From contig CAVYGT010000002.1 in the NCBI GenBank assembly GCA_963768095.1, positions 1,438,294-1,502,293 of the forward strand: 64,000 bases of DNA. Direction: 5' to 3'. This document shows positions 1 to 9,772 of this stretch, one piece after another; the stretch's first letter is position 1, and the number at the start of each line of letters is the position of its first letter. Origin of the DNA: Terriglobia bacterium (GTDB taxonomy: Bacteria; Acidobacteriota; Terriglobia; Bryobacterales; Bryobacteraceae). Made by a program: the position numbers and the translations under genes. The notes beneath the pieces were generated by a model. That model made no database searches and had not been told where the DNA came from. It saw nothing but the letters and a program-made list of their open reading frames with translations.

Positions 1-64
1 GGAAGATTGACAGTTTTCTTGAGATCCACGCTGGCGGCGTCCATGAGGGGATACTTTTATCGTA

Positions 65-848
65 CTAGATGACGCCGGAACGGCGCGGATTTTCAGCCGC
101 CAGAATCGCGACCGGAAAGCTGAAATAGATTTTTCCATCGTCGCGATGCGTCGCCATGTCCAGCGCGTCGTTGGAGAGCGAGTCTTCGAAGATCCGCCGG
201 ATTCGATCCGCGTCTCCCGGTTTGGGAAAGGAGCGTGACAGCAAGCCTTCCAGTTCGCCTTCCACCGATAAAACTCTTCCCGAGGCTCGGCGAATCCGGC
301 GCTGAGAAGCAGACCGCGGAGTTCCTCCACCGGCATGGCGCGCACATGCGACGGATCGCGCAGCCGTTCCATGGCATTGAAGGCGTCGGCTTTCGACTGG
401 GAAGGCGCGCTGTCGGCGATCGCTATGCGTCCTCCCGGCCGGCAAACTCGCCGCATCTCTTTCAGCACCGCAAGTGGATCCAGCAAATGATGCAGGGCAA
501 AACGCGCCGTCACAATCGAAAAGCTGTGGTCGGCGAACGGCAGCGGCGGAACATCGCCGAGCTCCCAGGTAACGTTTCGAAGCCCGCTGCTCTGCTGCTC
601 GGCGCGCGCTAGCTCTAACATCGCCGGAGTTACGTCGATTCCGGTGACGTGCCGGGCGACTTTCGCGAACGCGCACGCCAGCAGTCCTGGTCCGCAGGCT
701 ACATCCAGCACGGTATCTTCCGGGCCGGTACCGGCCATCGCGACAATGCGGTTCAGGGCCTCCTGATTCCGAATGGCTGGGGCGTTGGCAAACGGAGACG
801 CCTGCCGCGTAAACTGGTCGAGGATGACTTCGCGATGGGTGGAATCCA
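65..848 (-). pseudogene. class I SAM-dependent methyltransferase (Methyltransf_11-like) with one apparent frame break
   Basis: Hand translation from the ATG at 848 gives MDSTHREVILDQFTRQASPF..VLDVACGPGLLACAFAKVARHVTGIDVTPAMLELAR..CRPGGRIAIADS..AGFAEPREEFYR down to about 268. The family-typical C-terminus SVEGELEGLLSRSFPKPGDADRIRRIF..DGKIYFSFPVAILAAEN continues in the frame of track ORF 65..676. The frame starting at 848 appears to have no stop inside the window, which would explain why it is missing from the ORF track. Confidence 0.6.
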
Positions 849-929
849 TATGCGCATCATAGTACGGCCCGTGCCGCCACCGCGCCGCTGCCGCATTGCG
901 TATACAATTGTTCGCCGGGGGTGTAGGGT

Positions 930-2276
930 ATGGAGCATGCCATCGTTGTCGGCGGAAGCATGGGCGGATTGCTGTGCGCCCGCGCGCTGGCGGATCACTT
1001 TCATCGCGTCACGATAGTCGAGCGCGATTCGTTTCCCACATCAGTCGAGAATCGGCGGGGCGTGCCGCAGGGCCGCCACACGCACGGTTTGCTGGCCAGC
1101 GGCCGCGAGGTTCTGGAACGATTTTTCCCCGGCATCTCCAGCGAATTGATCGCCGCCGGCGCCGTGCGGGGCGACCTGACCGGCCAGGCCCGCTGGTTCA
1201 TCGGAGGAGCGTGCCTCGCGCGCTTCACCAGCGGAATGGAAGGCTTGCTCATGAGCCGTCCGTTTCTCGAGACGGCGGTTCGTAGGAAAGTCCTTGGTCT
1301 GCCCAACGTGAATGTTCGTGAGAACACTAGCGTGGACGGATTGGCCTCAAGCGCCGACAACACGCGAGTCACCGGCATTCGTATGGGCAGCCAGACGCTG
1401 GCAGCCGATCTGGTGGTGGACACCACGGGCCGCGGCTCGCATAGCCCGCAGTGGCTCGAAAGCATGGGTTATGTGAAGGCAGACGAGGAACGCGTGGAAG
1501 TCGCGTTGGCTTACACCACCCGCTGGTTCCGACGCTATCGGCAACACATGGACGGCGACCTCGCCGTAGTTGTCCCTCCCACGCCGGAAGGAAAACGCGG
1601 GGGCGTAATGCTGGCCCAGGAAGACGATCGGTGGACGCTGACGCTGATCGGACACTTCGGCCACGTCGCCCCGCCTGAACTGGAAGGCTTCATCGAGTAC
1701 GCGCGCACCCTGCCGGCGCCTTACATCCATGAAGTGATTCGGGACGCCGAACCGATCGGCGAGCCGGTATCCGCACGGTTTCCCGCCAGCGTGCGGCGGC
1801 GGTACGAGAGACTTCCGCGCTTCCCGGAGGGCTACTTGGTATTCGGCGACGCCATTTCGAGCTTCAACCCGATTTACGGCCAGGGGATGTCGGCGGCCGC
1901 CTTGGAGGCGGTCGAACTCACCGCAACGCTGGCTGGAGGGACGAACGATCTCGCACGGCGATTTTTCCGCCGCGCAGCCAAGGTGGTGGACATTCCCTGG
2001 GCGGTCGCAGTCGGCAACGATCTGCGCATGAAGGAAACCATCGGCCCACGCAACGCCGGCGTGAACGTTATCAACTGGTACCTTTCGAAGCTGCACCACG
2101 CCGCGCACCGGGATCCAGTGCCCGCGCTCGCGTTCCATCGGGTGGGGAACTTGCTCGCGCCCCCGCCCAGCGTGTTGCATCCGCGGATTGCGTGGCGAGT
2201 GCTGCTTGGGAACCTGCGGCCGCGCGCCGCCGCAGAACCAGCGGAGCAATCGATGCAGACCGCCGCTGGCAAGTAG
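930..2276 (+). CDS. FAD-dependent oxidoreductase / monooxygenase-like protein
   Basis: 448-aa ORF. The N-terminal dinucleotide-binding fold is AIVVGGSMGGLLCARAL..VTIVERD. A later GD motif (LVFGDAISSFNPIYGQGM) is typical of flavoprotein hydroxylases. Confidence 0.8.
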   Translation: MEHAIVVGGSMGGLLCARALADHFHRVTIVERDSFPTSVENRRGVPQGRHTHGLLASGREVLERFFPGISSELIAAGAVRGDLTGQARWFIGGACLARFTSGMEGLLMSRPFLETAVRRKVLGLPNVNVRENTSVDGLASSADNTRVTGIRMGSQTLAADLVVDTTGRGSHSPQWLESMGYVKADEERVEVALAYTTRWFRRYRQHMDGDLAVVVPPTPEGKRGGVMLAQEDDRWTLTLIGHFGHVAPPELEGFIEYARTLPAPYIHEVIRDAEPIGEPVSARFPASVRRRYERLPRFPEGYLVFGDAISSFNPIYGQGMSAAALEAVELTATLAGGTNDLARRFFRRAAKVVDIPWAVAVGNDLRMKETIGPRNAGVNVINWYLSKLHHAAHRDPVPALAFHRVGNLLAPPPSVLHPRIAWRVLLGNLRPRAAAEPAEQSMQTAAGK

Positions 2277-2279
2277 CGC

Positions 2280-2783
2280 CTATTTCCAGACGAACCGCGC
2301 CAGCTCTCGATCTTTTCGCGCATGGCCAATCGGGAACGCCTGGTTGTGCATAACTACGTAAACGCCCGGCGTGAGCACGCGCGCCGCAAACAGGCTCTCG
2401 GTCAGGTTCTGCAACCCATCGCTCGATTCAAAGCCCAGCGGCGTCATCGCGCCCGTGAGCACCACCGGGAAGCGCAGGTCCGGAAGGTTCTTCTCGATCA
2501 GTAAGCCCGTTTCCACCATGGTGTCGGTTCCGTGCGTGATGACTACCGGCGCGGGGTCCTGCAGCTTTTCACGCACCGCCGCGAGCACACGCTCGCGATC
2601 CGCATCGGTCATCTGCAGGCTGTCCTTGTTCATCAGATGCGTGACTTGAATGTCGACGTCCGGCAGACGCAGCAAGCGGAAATAACGATCGATCTTGCTG
2701 TCGAGATTTTGGACCGCGCCGGTTTGTTCGGAGTAAACTTTCTCGATAGTGCCGCCGGTCGCAATCACATAGATCCGCTGCAT
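2280..2783 (-). CDS. asparaginase-domain protein (short, N-terminal domain only)
   Basis: 167-aa ORF carrying both asparaginase signature motifs, VIATGGTIEK and VITHGTDTM. Confidence 0.8.
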   Translation of the reverse strand: MQRIYVIATGGTIEKVYSEQTGAVQNLDSKIDRYFRLLRLPDVDIQVTHLMNKDSLQMTDADRERVLAAVREKLQDPAPVVITHGTDTMVETGLLIEKNLPDLRFPVVLTGAMTPLGFESSDGLQNLTESLFAARVLTPGVYVVMHNQAFPIGHARKDRELARFVWK

Positions 2784-2786
2784 CGG

Positions 2787-3674
2787 CTATTGCAGCTTTC
2801 GCAGCACCGCGACCAGCACATTGCCCACCACCTCTAAGCTGTGCGCGCTCAGCTTGTCCATCGTGTCTTTTTCAGTGTGCCAGTACTCGTTGTTGGGGCC
2901 GAAGTCGAAATCGATCAGGTCGAGGGCGTTGACGCCTTTCCTAAGGAACGGAAGATGATCGTCTTCGGTGGCCTGTGCGAAGTTAAGGAAGTACTTTCCG
3001 TAGCCCAGGTCCGTAGCGGTTTGCCAGACCAGCCGCCGCAGCGGTGCCGAAGACATGGTCTCCTGTAAGATGCCAAGATCTTTGTCGCCGATCATGTCGA
3101 CATTGATCAGCGCCTTGATTCGACCGAGCATCCCCTCGCGCGCCCACGTGTCCGCCAAATGCCGGCTGCCGAATGTGCCGTTGGTGTCGGACCATTCTCC
3201 GAACGCCTCTTCGCCGTCGAAGAAGACCAGGTAGATGTCGTCGGGATGCGACGTGCTGTTCAGCACCTGCGCCAGCTCCAGCAGAAACCCCGTGGATGAC
3301 CCGCCGTCATTGGCGCCGACAAAAACGCGACCCGGCATGGGCTTGGTGTCGAAATGGCCGGTAATCACGAGGGCGCGGCCCGATGAGCCCGGAAATTTCG
3401 CGATGATGTTCCGCATCGGCACGCTCCCGGCCGGCGTCTGAGCCGTGAAGGCATCGAACGAAATCTGGCAGTGCAGCGGCTTCAGCTGCGCCTCGATATA
3501 GCCTTGCAGCTTGCGGTTCGCCTCCGAGCCCGGGGGGCGTGGACCGAACGCGACTGCCTTGCGCGTGTATTCGAGCGCGGCCGCGCCGCTGAAATCGGCC
3601 GCGGCAGCCGACGCTACAAAGCATGCAATCGCCAGCGCAGCCACCGCCCGGCTCAAGCTTTTTTTGCGGAGCAT
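2787..3674 (-). CDS. secreted M28-family metallopeptidase (aminopeptidase / glutaminyl-cyclase-like)
   Basis: Signal peptide MLRKKSLSRAVAALAIACFVASAAA. Zinc-ligand motifs are ITGHFDT, GANDGGSSTG, FFDGEE and NVDMIGD. Confidence 0.85.
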   Translation of the reverse strand: MLRKKSLSRAVAALAIACFVASAAAADFSGAAALEYTRKAVAFGPRPPGSEANRKLQGYIEAQLKPLHCQISFDAFTAQTPAGSVPMRNIIAKFPGSSGRALVITGHFDTKPMPGRVFVGANDGGSSTGFLLELAQVLNSTSHPDDIYLVFFDGEEAFGEWSDTNGTFGSRHLADTWAREGMLGRIKALINVDMIGDKDLGILQETMSSAPLRRLVWQTATDLGYGKYFLNFAQATEDDHLPFLRKGVNALDLIDFDFGPNNEYWHTEKDTMDKLSAHSLEVVGNVLVAVLRKLQ

Positions 3675-4339
3675 ATATATCCCAGTGTAAAGTTACGCTC
3701 GCGATCCAGCGAGTCAAACCACGGCAGCACCAGCGCCGGCGGCGCCAGAAAAATCGCCGCCACGAAAAACCACGGCCCGCGAAAGAATTGCAATCCGTTC
3801 AGGAGCCGTCGCGAGCACAAGCGGAAATATCCGCCCGCCGGTTCGATCGTGTATTCGCGGAATCCGGCCTGGTCCAAAAGATAGGCGATGCCGTAGCGCG
3901 TATAGCGATAGTAATCGTGCGGCGCCTGGTGCACTTCCCATTCGTGCGGCACGATCAGCAGCAAGCGGCCGCCCGGCGCAAGCGTGCGCCCGATTTCCCG
4001 CAGCGCGCAGGCCGGCTCGCGAACGTGCTCCAACGTAACGATGTTGATGCAGGCGTCGAAGGATGCGTCGCGAAAGGGCAACGCCGTCAGATCGGCGATC
4101 GCATCCAGCTTGCCGTAGTCCCAAGACGCATCGCCCACCGCGAGATCGACCCCGACGTAGCGTTGGCGACCGAAATATTTGGCGTGCGGCATCTCGCCCG
4201 CGCCCGCATCCAGCACGAGCGCATTGGCAGGCAGTCCGGCCGAAAACTTCGCCAGAGACTCCTCGATTGTGGATTCGAAATGCAGCAAATAACGCCGCAG
4301 AAATCGTGGCAAACGGCGCTCGATGGTCCGATAAGTCAA
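3653..4339 (-). CDS. class I SAM-dependent methyltransferase
   Basis: Motifs VLDAGAGE, ALPFRDASFDACINIVTLEHV and LAPGGRLLL. The track ORF runs up to 4474, but that upstream part looks like non-coding read-through. A TTG at 4339 overlaps the TGA of the upstream gene (TTGA), suggesting translational coupling. The start is uncertain. Confidence 0.7.
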   Translation of the reverse strand: MTYRTIERRLPRFLRRYLLHFESTIEESLAKFSAGLPANALVLDAGAGEMPHAKYFGRQRYVGVDLAVGDASWDYGKLDAIADLTALPFRDASFDACINIVTLEHVREPACALREIGRTLAPGGRLLLIVPHEWEVHQAPHDYYRYTRYGIAYLLDQAGFREYTIEPAGGYFRLCSRRLLNGLQFFRGPWFFVAAIFLAPPALVLPWFDSLDRERNFTLGYICSAKKA

Positions 4340-5281
4340 GGCTTCTTGCGCGCCTCCACCATAATGGTCGATCCGGCCCCACAAGCAGCTTCGAGCAGAG
4401 TGAACGGAAGCGCCGCAACGACCAGCGCGAAATAGAGCAGGTCCTTCGCCAGCTTTCCAGCCGCGGATTCCCACACTCTGCGAACCCGCCGCGCCATCGG
4501 ATCCAAACCCGGCGCTAGGCTGGATGCAAATCCCGCCGGGTTATCGCGCAGCGAGAAACGCTTTCGGCGGACAATCTCGAAACCGCACTTTTCAAGCAGC
4601 CGCTCCAGATCGCGCTCGCGGTAGTCGACCAAGTGGCGCGGTACATCCACGCCGTTCCAACTCGAGCCGAACAGTAGGAATTGCCAGGAAGATGCATTGG
4701 GTACCTGGATGATCAGCCGCCCCTCGGGGGCGAGCAGCTGGCGCGCCGACTCTAAGTATGAAGCCGCATCCGGCAGATGCTCCACCACGTGAAACATGGT
4801 CAGCACGCTGCAACTTCCCGGCGCCAGAGGGAGCCTGGGCGAGGTCGCCACACAACACACGCACGCGATTGTGCTCCCAAGCCGCCGCCGCGGCTGCTTC
4901 GGACGATTCGAGCCCCGCCACCCGCAGGCCCCGCTCCTGAACGAGGCGCAGCAGCAAACCACCTCCACAGCCCACATCCAACAACAACCCTTTTTCCGGG
5001 CCATCTTCAGCCGCGCGTAATACGAAGCGCAAATGATCGCGCAGCACGAAGCGGCGGTACATCTCTTCCAGGCGCGAAGCAGTGTCGGCGTGCGGCGCGA
5101 ACCAATATTCATCGGGGTAGTAACGCCGCAATTCATCCAGCGGCGGCCACGGGTCCAGCCGAATCAAGCCGCAGCCTGCGCACTCCACCACTTGGAAAAT
5201 CTGTTCGGTTGTGCGATAGAGGCGATCCGTTGACTGAAACAGCGTGCGCGTTTCACTCTGTCCACAGAGCGGACACTTCAC
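4336..5281 (-). pseudogene. Zn-ribbon plus class I SAM-dependent methyltransferase, one frame break
   Basis: The N-terminal half lies in the frame of ORF 4592..5704: VKCPLCGQSE..VVECAGCGLIRLDPWP..LLLDVGCGGGLLLRLVQERGLRVAGLESSE..VRVLCGDLAQ. The C-terminal half lies in the frame of ORF 4336..5136: LPLAPGSCSVLTMFHVVEHLPDAASYLESARQLLAPEGRLIIQVPN. The two join at about 4825-4840, where there is one extra base. A GTG start at 5281 sits 2 nt after the upstream stop. Confidence 0.65.
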
Positions 5282-5283
5282 GC

Positions 5284-6333
5284 TCAGAGTCCCTGCTCGG
5301 CGAGCTGTTTCAGCGGAATCCGATGGTCCAGGATCAACTTTCTCACTTCGCGCGGCGATAGCTTGCGAAACCGATCCACTTCGCGCCGCTTGCGCAGCAT
5401 TCGCGGCAGGAGTCTCAGAGCCTCCAGGTCGCCCCGGAGCAGCGCCAGCGCCGCGCGCAGTTTTCCCGAGGCTCCCGGATAGCGTCCCACCTCGCCCTTC
5501 CCGCGTACCGCCGCCCACAGGCCCGCCGCCAATCTCATCAGGTAATAGCCTCCGTTCAGCCACAGCAGGCTCCAGGGAAACAATTTGGCCGCCAGGAGTA
5601 CGCGATTGCGCTCGATGAGTTCCAGCCGGCGCGAGGATCGAACGCCCAGCGTGGCGCCGCGGTGATGCCGCACCACGGCTTGCGGAACATACAGGCATTT
5701 CCAACCCGCGATGCGCGCGCGCAATCCCAGCTCGGCGTCATCGGCGTAGGCGAAAAAATCTTCGTCGAATCCTCCAATCTGGTCCAGCATCGCACGCCGG
5801 TACATGGCCGCGCATCCATCCGGCCAGAGCACCTCCTCGATTTTGTCGTACTGCCCGGTGTCTAATTCGCCCGTGCCGCGGCCGCGGTTCTGACCGTCGG
5901 GATAAATCAGATGGCCCACTTTATCGATGCGCCGCGCGTCCTCGTAAACCAGGATTTTCGACGCCGCCATTCCCACGCCGGGCCGATCATCGAACGCGCG
6001 CATTAGTTCCGGCAGCCAGTGCGGGTCCGCTTCGGCGTCGTTGTTGAGCAGCGCAACGAACTCGCTTGTCGAGGCGGCGAAGCCCTGATTGTTGGCAATG
6101 CAAAAGCCGCGGTTATTTGGATTACGAATCAGCTTGACGTGCAGCTTGGAGCCGGCAAACTCGCGTTCCACCATTTCCGCGGAAGCATCAACAGATCCAT
6201 TGTCAACCACGATAACTTCAAACGGTTTGTTCAACTGCTGAAGGCTAAGTGACTGCAAGCAGGATCGCAAAAGATCCCGGCGATTCCAAGTCACTACAAC
6301 CACTGAGACTGTACCGGTACTTTGTTGCGCCAC
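5284..6333 (-). CDS. family 2 glycosyltransferase
   Basis: Motifs VSVVVVTWNRRDLLRSCLQSL, EVIVVDNGSVDAS, LLNNDAE and ADDAELGLR are typical of the GT2 (GT-A) fold. Confidence 0.9.
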   Translation of the reverse strand: MAQQSTGTVSVVVVTWNRRDLLRSCLQSLSLQQLNKPFEVIVVDNGSVDASAEMVEREFAGSKLHVKLIRNPNNRGFCIANNQGFAASTSEFVALLNNDAEADPHWLPELMRAFDDRPGVGMAASKILVYEDARRIDKVGHLIYPDGQNRGRGTGELDTGQYDKIEEVLWPDGCAAMYRRAMLDQIGGFDEDFFAYADDAELGLRARIAGWKCLYVPQAVVRHHRGATLGVRSSRRLELIERNRVLLAAKLFPWSLLWLNGGYYLMRLAAGLWAAVRGKGEVGRYPGASGKLRAALALLRGDLEALRLLPRMLRKRREVDRFRKLSPREVRKLILDHRIPLKQLAEQGL

Positions 6334-6371
6334 CGATTGTTGTATTATAACCGTAAGCTAGCAGGCAACTT

Positions 6372-7265
6372 ATGATGTTCTCAGTGGGCCAACGGCTGCG
6401 GGAGGCGCGGCTGAGCCAGGGGCTGGATTTCGATGCGCTCGTGGCACGCACGAAAATTCAGGAGAGATTTCTCAAAGCTATCGAGGCCGATGATCGGGAC
6501 GTTTTTCCGAGCGGCTTCTTCTACAAAAGCTTCGTGGATCAGTATGCGCGTGCTTTGTCGGTCGACTCGCGCGAGATCGACGAGGCGATCCACCAGATGT
6601 TGAGCGCTGATGCGCCGCTGCCGCTGCCTGGACAAGTAGACGCTTCGATCCCGCTCCGAAGTGTCTCGCCGCTGGTGCCGACACACCGCAGGGGACGAAT
6701 GCGAGCGTTGACGTCCGCTGCCACGTTGGTCTTGGTGCTGGTGGGTTGCTCGGGATTTTACGCCTGGTGGCACAAACTAGAAACCCAAGTTGACAAACCA
6801 GTGCCGCTGAAAGTGGAAGCGGTTCCAAAGAGCGCAGTGGCGCCAAAGAGCGCGCCGGCCGCGGAAACCGCACCCCTACTGCCTCAAGCTTCCCCAGCCG
6901 CAGCTCCTTCCGTGCCCGCGGCGGTCCCGGTTGCTCTCGATGCGGCGCCCCCGGCGGAAGCGCCTTCGCCGGATATGTCCCAGCCGGCGTCCGGAATCCT
7001 GCTGCAGCTAATCGCGCGGGAAGAAACCTGGCTCGCCGTTTCTTCCGATGGATTGATGATCTTCAAGGGCACGCTCAGTCCGCACGAAAGCAAAACCGTC
7101 GAGGGCCGAGAATTCGCGAAATTGCGGGTGAACAATCCAGCGGCGCTGGAAGTCAAGCTCAATGGCAAGGTGCTGGGTCCGCTCGGCCCGCCCGGGCAGT
7201 TCCTGGTGGTAGTTTTTACGCGCGACAAATTCCACGTACTGGATTCGTCGAAGGAAAGCGACTAG
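6372..7265 (+). CDS. rodZ: RodZ-like helix-turn-helix cytoskeleton protein
   Basis: N-terminal HTH VGQRLREARLSQGLDFDALVARTKIQERFLKAIE, a TM segment LTSAATLVLVLVGCSGFYAWW, an Ala/Pro-rich linker, and a C-terminal RodZ_C-type beta domain (TWLAVSSDGLMIFKGTL..LRVNNPAALEVKLNGK). Confidence 0.8.
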   Translation: MMFSVGQRLREARLSQGLDFDALVARTKIQERFLKAIEADDRDVFPSGFFYKSFVDQYARALSVDSREIDEAIHQMLSADAPLPLPGQVDASIPLRSVSPLVPTHRRGRMRALTSAATLVLVLVGCSGFYAWWHKLETQVDKPVPLKVEAVPKSAVAPKSAPAAETAPLLPQASPAAAPSVPAAVPVALDAAPPAEAPSPDMSQPASGILLQLIAREETWLAVSSDGLMIFKGTLSPHESKTVEGREFAKLRVNNPAALEVKLNGKVLGPLGPPGQFLVVVFTRDKFHVLDSSKESD

Positions 7266-7280
7266 CGGCCGCTTGCGGCG

Positions 7281-7946
7281 CTACTGTACCTGGCCCATCT
7301 TGGCCGCTTCAGGCCGCGCTTGCGCTCTCGCCATCCGCTTCTGCTGGCGCTCGATGCGGAGCAGTTCCTTGCGCCGGCGGTATTTGATGGAACTGTCCAC
7401 TTTGTGCCAGAATTTGCGGAAATATTCCATGGCGGAGGCGATGCCGAATACCACCACGCCCCACATCCAGAGCATGGCGAATCCATTCAGCATCTGCCAG
7501 CGAATGCTCACCAGCACCATGGAGATGGCAATCACCTGCGTGATCATCTTGGTCTTGCCCAGATCGCTGGCCTGTATCACGTAACCTTCCGCGGCGGCGA
7601 TGCTGCGCAAGCCGGATACGGCGAATTCGCGGCCGATGATCAACACCACCATCCAGGCCGGCACGCGGCGAATCTGAACCAGTGAAACCAGCGCGGCGGA
7701 GATCAGCAGCTTATCGGCAATGGGATCGAGCAGCGTCCCCACCGTGGTGATCTGGCCCCAGCGCCTGGCCAGATAACCATCCAGCAAATCGGTGGCCGCG
7801 GCCGCCAGAAAAATCGCGAGCGCCAGAAATTCGTTGGCTACGAAGACGCCGTGCCAGTCGATTCTGAGATCCTGTTCCACCAGGACCGCCACCAGGAAAG
7901 GCACGAAGAAGATCCTCAGGATCGTGAGCGTGTTCGGCAAATTCAT
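7281..7946 (-). CDS. pgsA: CDP-diacylglycerol--glycerol-3-phosphate 3-phosphatidyltransferase
   Basis: CDP-alcohol phosphatidyltransferase motif DGYLARRWGQITTVGTLLDPIADK within a multi-TM protein that begins MNLPNTLTILRIFFVP. Confidence 0.9.
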   Translation of the reverse strand: MNLPNTLTILRIFFVPFLVAVLVEQDLRIDWHGVFVANEFLALAIFLAAAATDLLDGYLARRWGQITTVGTLLDPIADKLLISAALVSLVQIRRVPAWMVVLIIGREFAVSGLRSIAAAEGYVIQASDLGKTKMITQVIAISMVLVSIRWQMLNGFAMLWMWGVVVFGIASAMEYFRKFWHKVDSSIKYRRRKELLRIERQQKRMARAQARPEAAKMGQVQ

Positions 7947-8001
7947 ACGAGGCCAAAAGTCCCGGAAAAATCACCCCTGCTGCCAGAATATCATTACCAT
8001 T

Positions 8002-9315
8002 CTATTCGACAGCATAGCGCTCTATTTGGCGCATTATGGACTCCGGAACTTCGGCTTCCACCTCCCAGACGTCGCCACGATAACGGCTGGCCAGTATTTT
8101 GGAGCGTTCATGCACCAGATGAATCAGCGAACCCTCGCTGGCAGGTATGCGGAAGCGCGCGCGGGAAACCGGATCGAGAGGAAGCTCCTGATCGATGGCC
8201 GCAACCAAAGCTTCCATACCCTGGCCGCTCTGCGCGGATAGAGGAACGGTTCGCGCTCCCGCCGGGCCGCGGACCTCGCCGAGGATGCGCTGAGCCAGGC
8301 TGTCCGCCCCTTCCCCCGCTGACGGCACCAGATCCATTTTGTTGAGTGCGAGAATCTGGCGGGTCTCTCCGGCGCCGATCTCGGAAAGCACCCTGAGCAC
8401 ATGCGCGGTTTGATGCGCGGCGTAGGGCGAAGATGCGTCCACCACATGCAGCAGCAGGGAGGCCTCCACCACTTCTTCCAGCGTGGCGCGGAAAGCCTTC
8501 ACCAGCGTGGTGGGGAGATTACGAATGAAGCCCACCGTGTCGCTGATGAGAACTTTCCGGCGCGAAGGCAGCGTGACGTGCCGCACCGTGGGATCGAGCG
8601 TCGCAAACATTCGCGCGTCGGCTGTCACCTTGGCACCCGTGAGCCGGTTGAAGAGCGTCGATTTGCCGGCGTTCGTGTAACCGACCAGCGCGATGGTGGC
8701 GAGGGGAACCGATTGCCGCTGCCGGCGCTGCGTGCCGCGGCCGCTGCGAACGCTCTCCAAATCGTCGCTCAGTTTCTTGATGCGGCTGTAGATTCTGCGG
8801 CGGTCGGTTTCCAATTGCGTTTCGCCAGGACCGCGCGTTCCGATTCCTCCACCCAGCCGCGACATCTCCACGCCACGCCCGGTGAGCCTGGGCAAAAGAT
8901 AATTCAATTGCGCCAGCTCCACCTGCAACTGGCCTTCGCGAGTGCGGGCGCGCCGGGCAAATATGTCAAGAATCAATTGCGTCCGATCGAGAACTTTGCA
9001 TTCCAGGGAGCGCTCGATGTTGCGCTGCTGCGTGGGCGTCAACTCCGAATCGAACAGCACCACGTCGGCAGCGGAAGAGGCAACCAGCCCGCGAAGTTCT
9101 TCTAGTTTTCCCGAGCCGATGAGAGTGGCGGCGTCCGGCGCGGGCCGGGACTGGATCAGCGTCTCTTCCACGCGCGCGCCCGCGCTTTCGGCCAAGGCCT
9201 TCAACTCCTCAATGGACTCCGAGGCGCCGTAGGGGATCTGATCTCGGCCGCGCCGAGCGCGCGACTTCAGATCCAAACCGACCAGGATGGCTCGCTCCCG
9301 CGCCTCAACCGGCAA
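8002..9315 (-). CDS. hflX: GTPase HflX
   Basis: HflX N-domain plus G-domain motifs GYTNAGKST, DTVGFI and NKMD. It lies immediately downstream of hfq. Confidence 0.95.
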   Translation of the reverse strand: MPVEARERAILVGLDLKSRARRGRDQIPYGASESIEELKALAESAGARVEETLIQSRPAPDAATLIGSGKLEELRGLVASSAADVVLFDSELTPTQQRNIERSLECKVLDRTQLILDIFARRARTREGQLQVELAQLNYLLPRLTGRGVEMSRLGGGIGTRGPGETQLETDRRRIYSRIKKLSDDLESVRSGRGTQRRQRQSVPLATIALVGYTNAGKSTLFNRLTGAKVTADARMFATLDPTVRHVTLPSRRKVLISDTVGFIRNLPTTLVKAFRATLEEVVEASLLLHVVDASSPYAAHQTAHVLRVLSEIGAGETRQILALNKMDLVPSAGEGADSLAQRILGEVRGPAGARTVPLSAQSGQGMEALVAAIDQELPLDPVSRARFRIPASEGSLIHLVHERSKILASRYRGDVWEVEAEVPESIMRQIERYAVE

Positions 9316-9323
9316 GTCGGCTA

Positions 9324-9617
9324 CTATTCCTCGCTGGGGTCGCCCGGCGTCGCGGGACCGGGTACGCCTGCGCCGCCCGCCGCCGGATGCGCTCCCGCGG
9401 AAGCATGGAAGGGCTTGGAAACCACGACGGTAGAGATGGCGTGCTTGAAAATTAGCTGTTCCTGATTGTTGGTCTCGAGCACGACGGAATATTTGTCAAA
9501 GCTCTTGATGCGGCCTGATAGCTTTACGCCGCTCATCAGATAAATTGTCAGGAAGGTCTTGTCTTTGCGCGCATTGTTTAGAAAAGCTTCCTGAATGTTT
9601 TGCGCCAGCTTTTCCAT
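9324..9617 (-). CDS. hfq: RNA chaperone Hfq
   Basis: [65 protein letters not shown] is a Sm1/Sm2 core, followed by a Gly/Pro/Ala-rich tail. The internal ATG at 9617 was chosen because the upstream part of track ORF 9324..9812 has no Hfq similarity. Confidence 0.9.
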   Translation of the reverse strand: MEKLAQNIQEAFLNNARKDKTFLTIYLMSGVKLSGRIKSFDKYSVVLETNNQEQLIFKHAISTVVVSKPFHASAGAHPAAGGAGVPGPATPGDPSEE

Positions 9618-9772
9618 GGGCGTCCTCTGGCCGGGTTTGGGCTCGCTGTTTTGGATAACGTCCCTCGGATCCGGCACTTCCGGATCGTTACAGTTCATCA
9701 TAGCGCAACTGTCGGAGAAGTAATCCGCTTCTGAGCTGGCCACACGACCGCCGCTGGACGCGCGCGAAAGAC

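Noticed and set aside
1-44. A possible start of another minus-strand gene (ATG at 44: MDAASVDLKKTVNL..) running off the left edge.
   Set aside because: Only about 14 codons are visible, there is no clear ribosome-binding site, and no motif is recognisable. This is too little to call.
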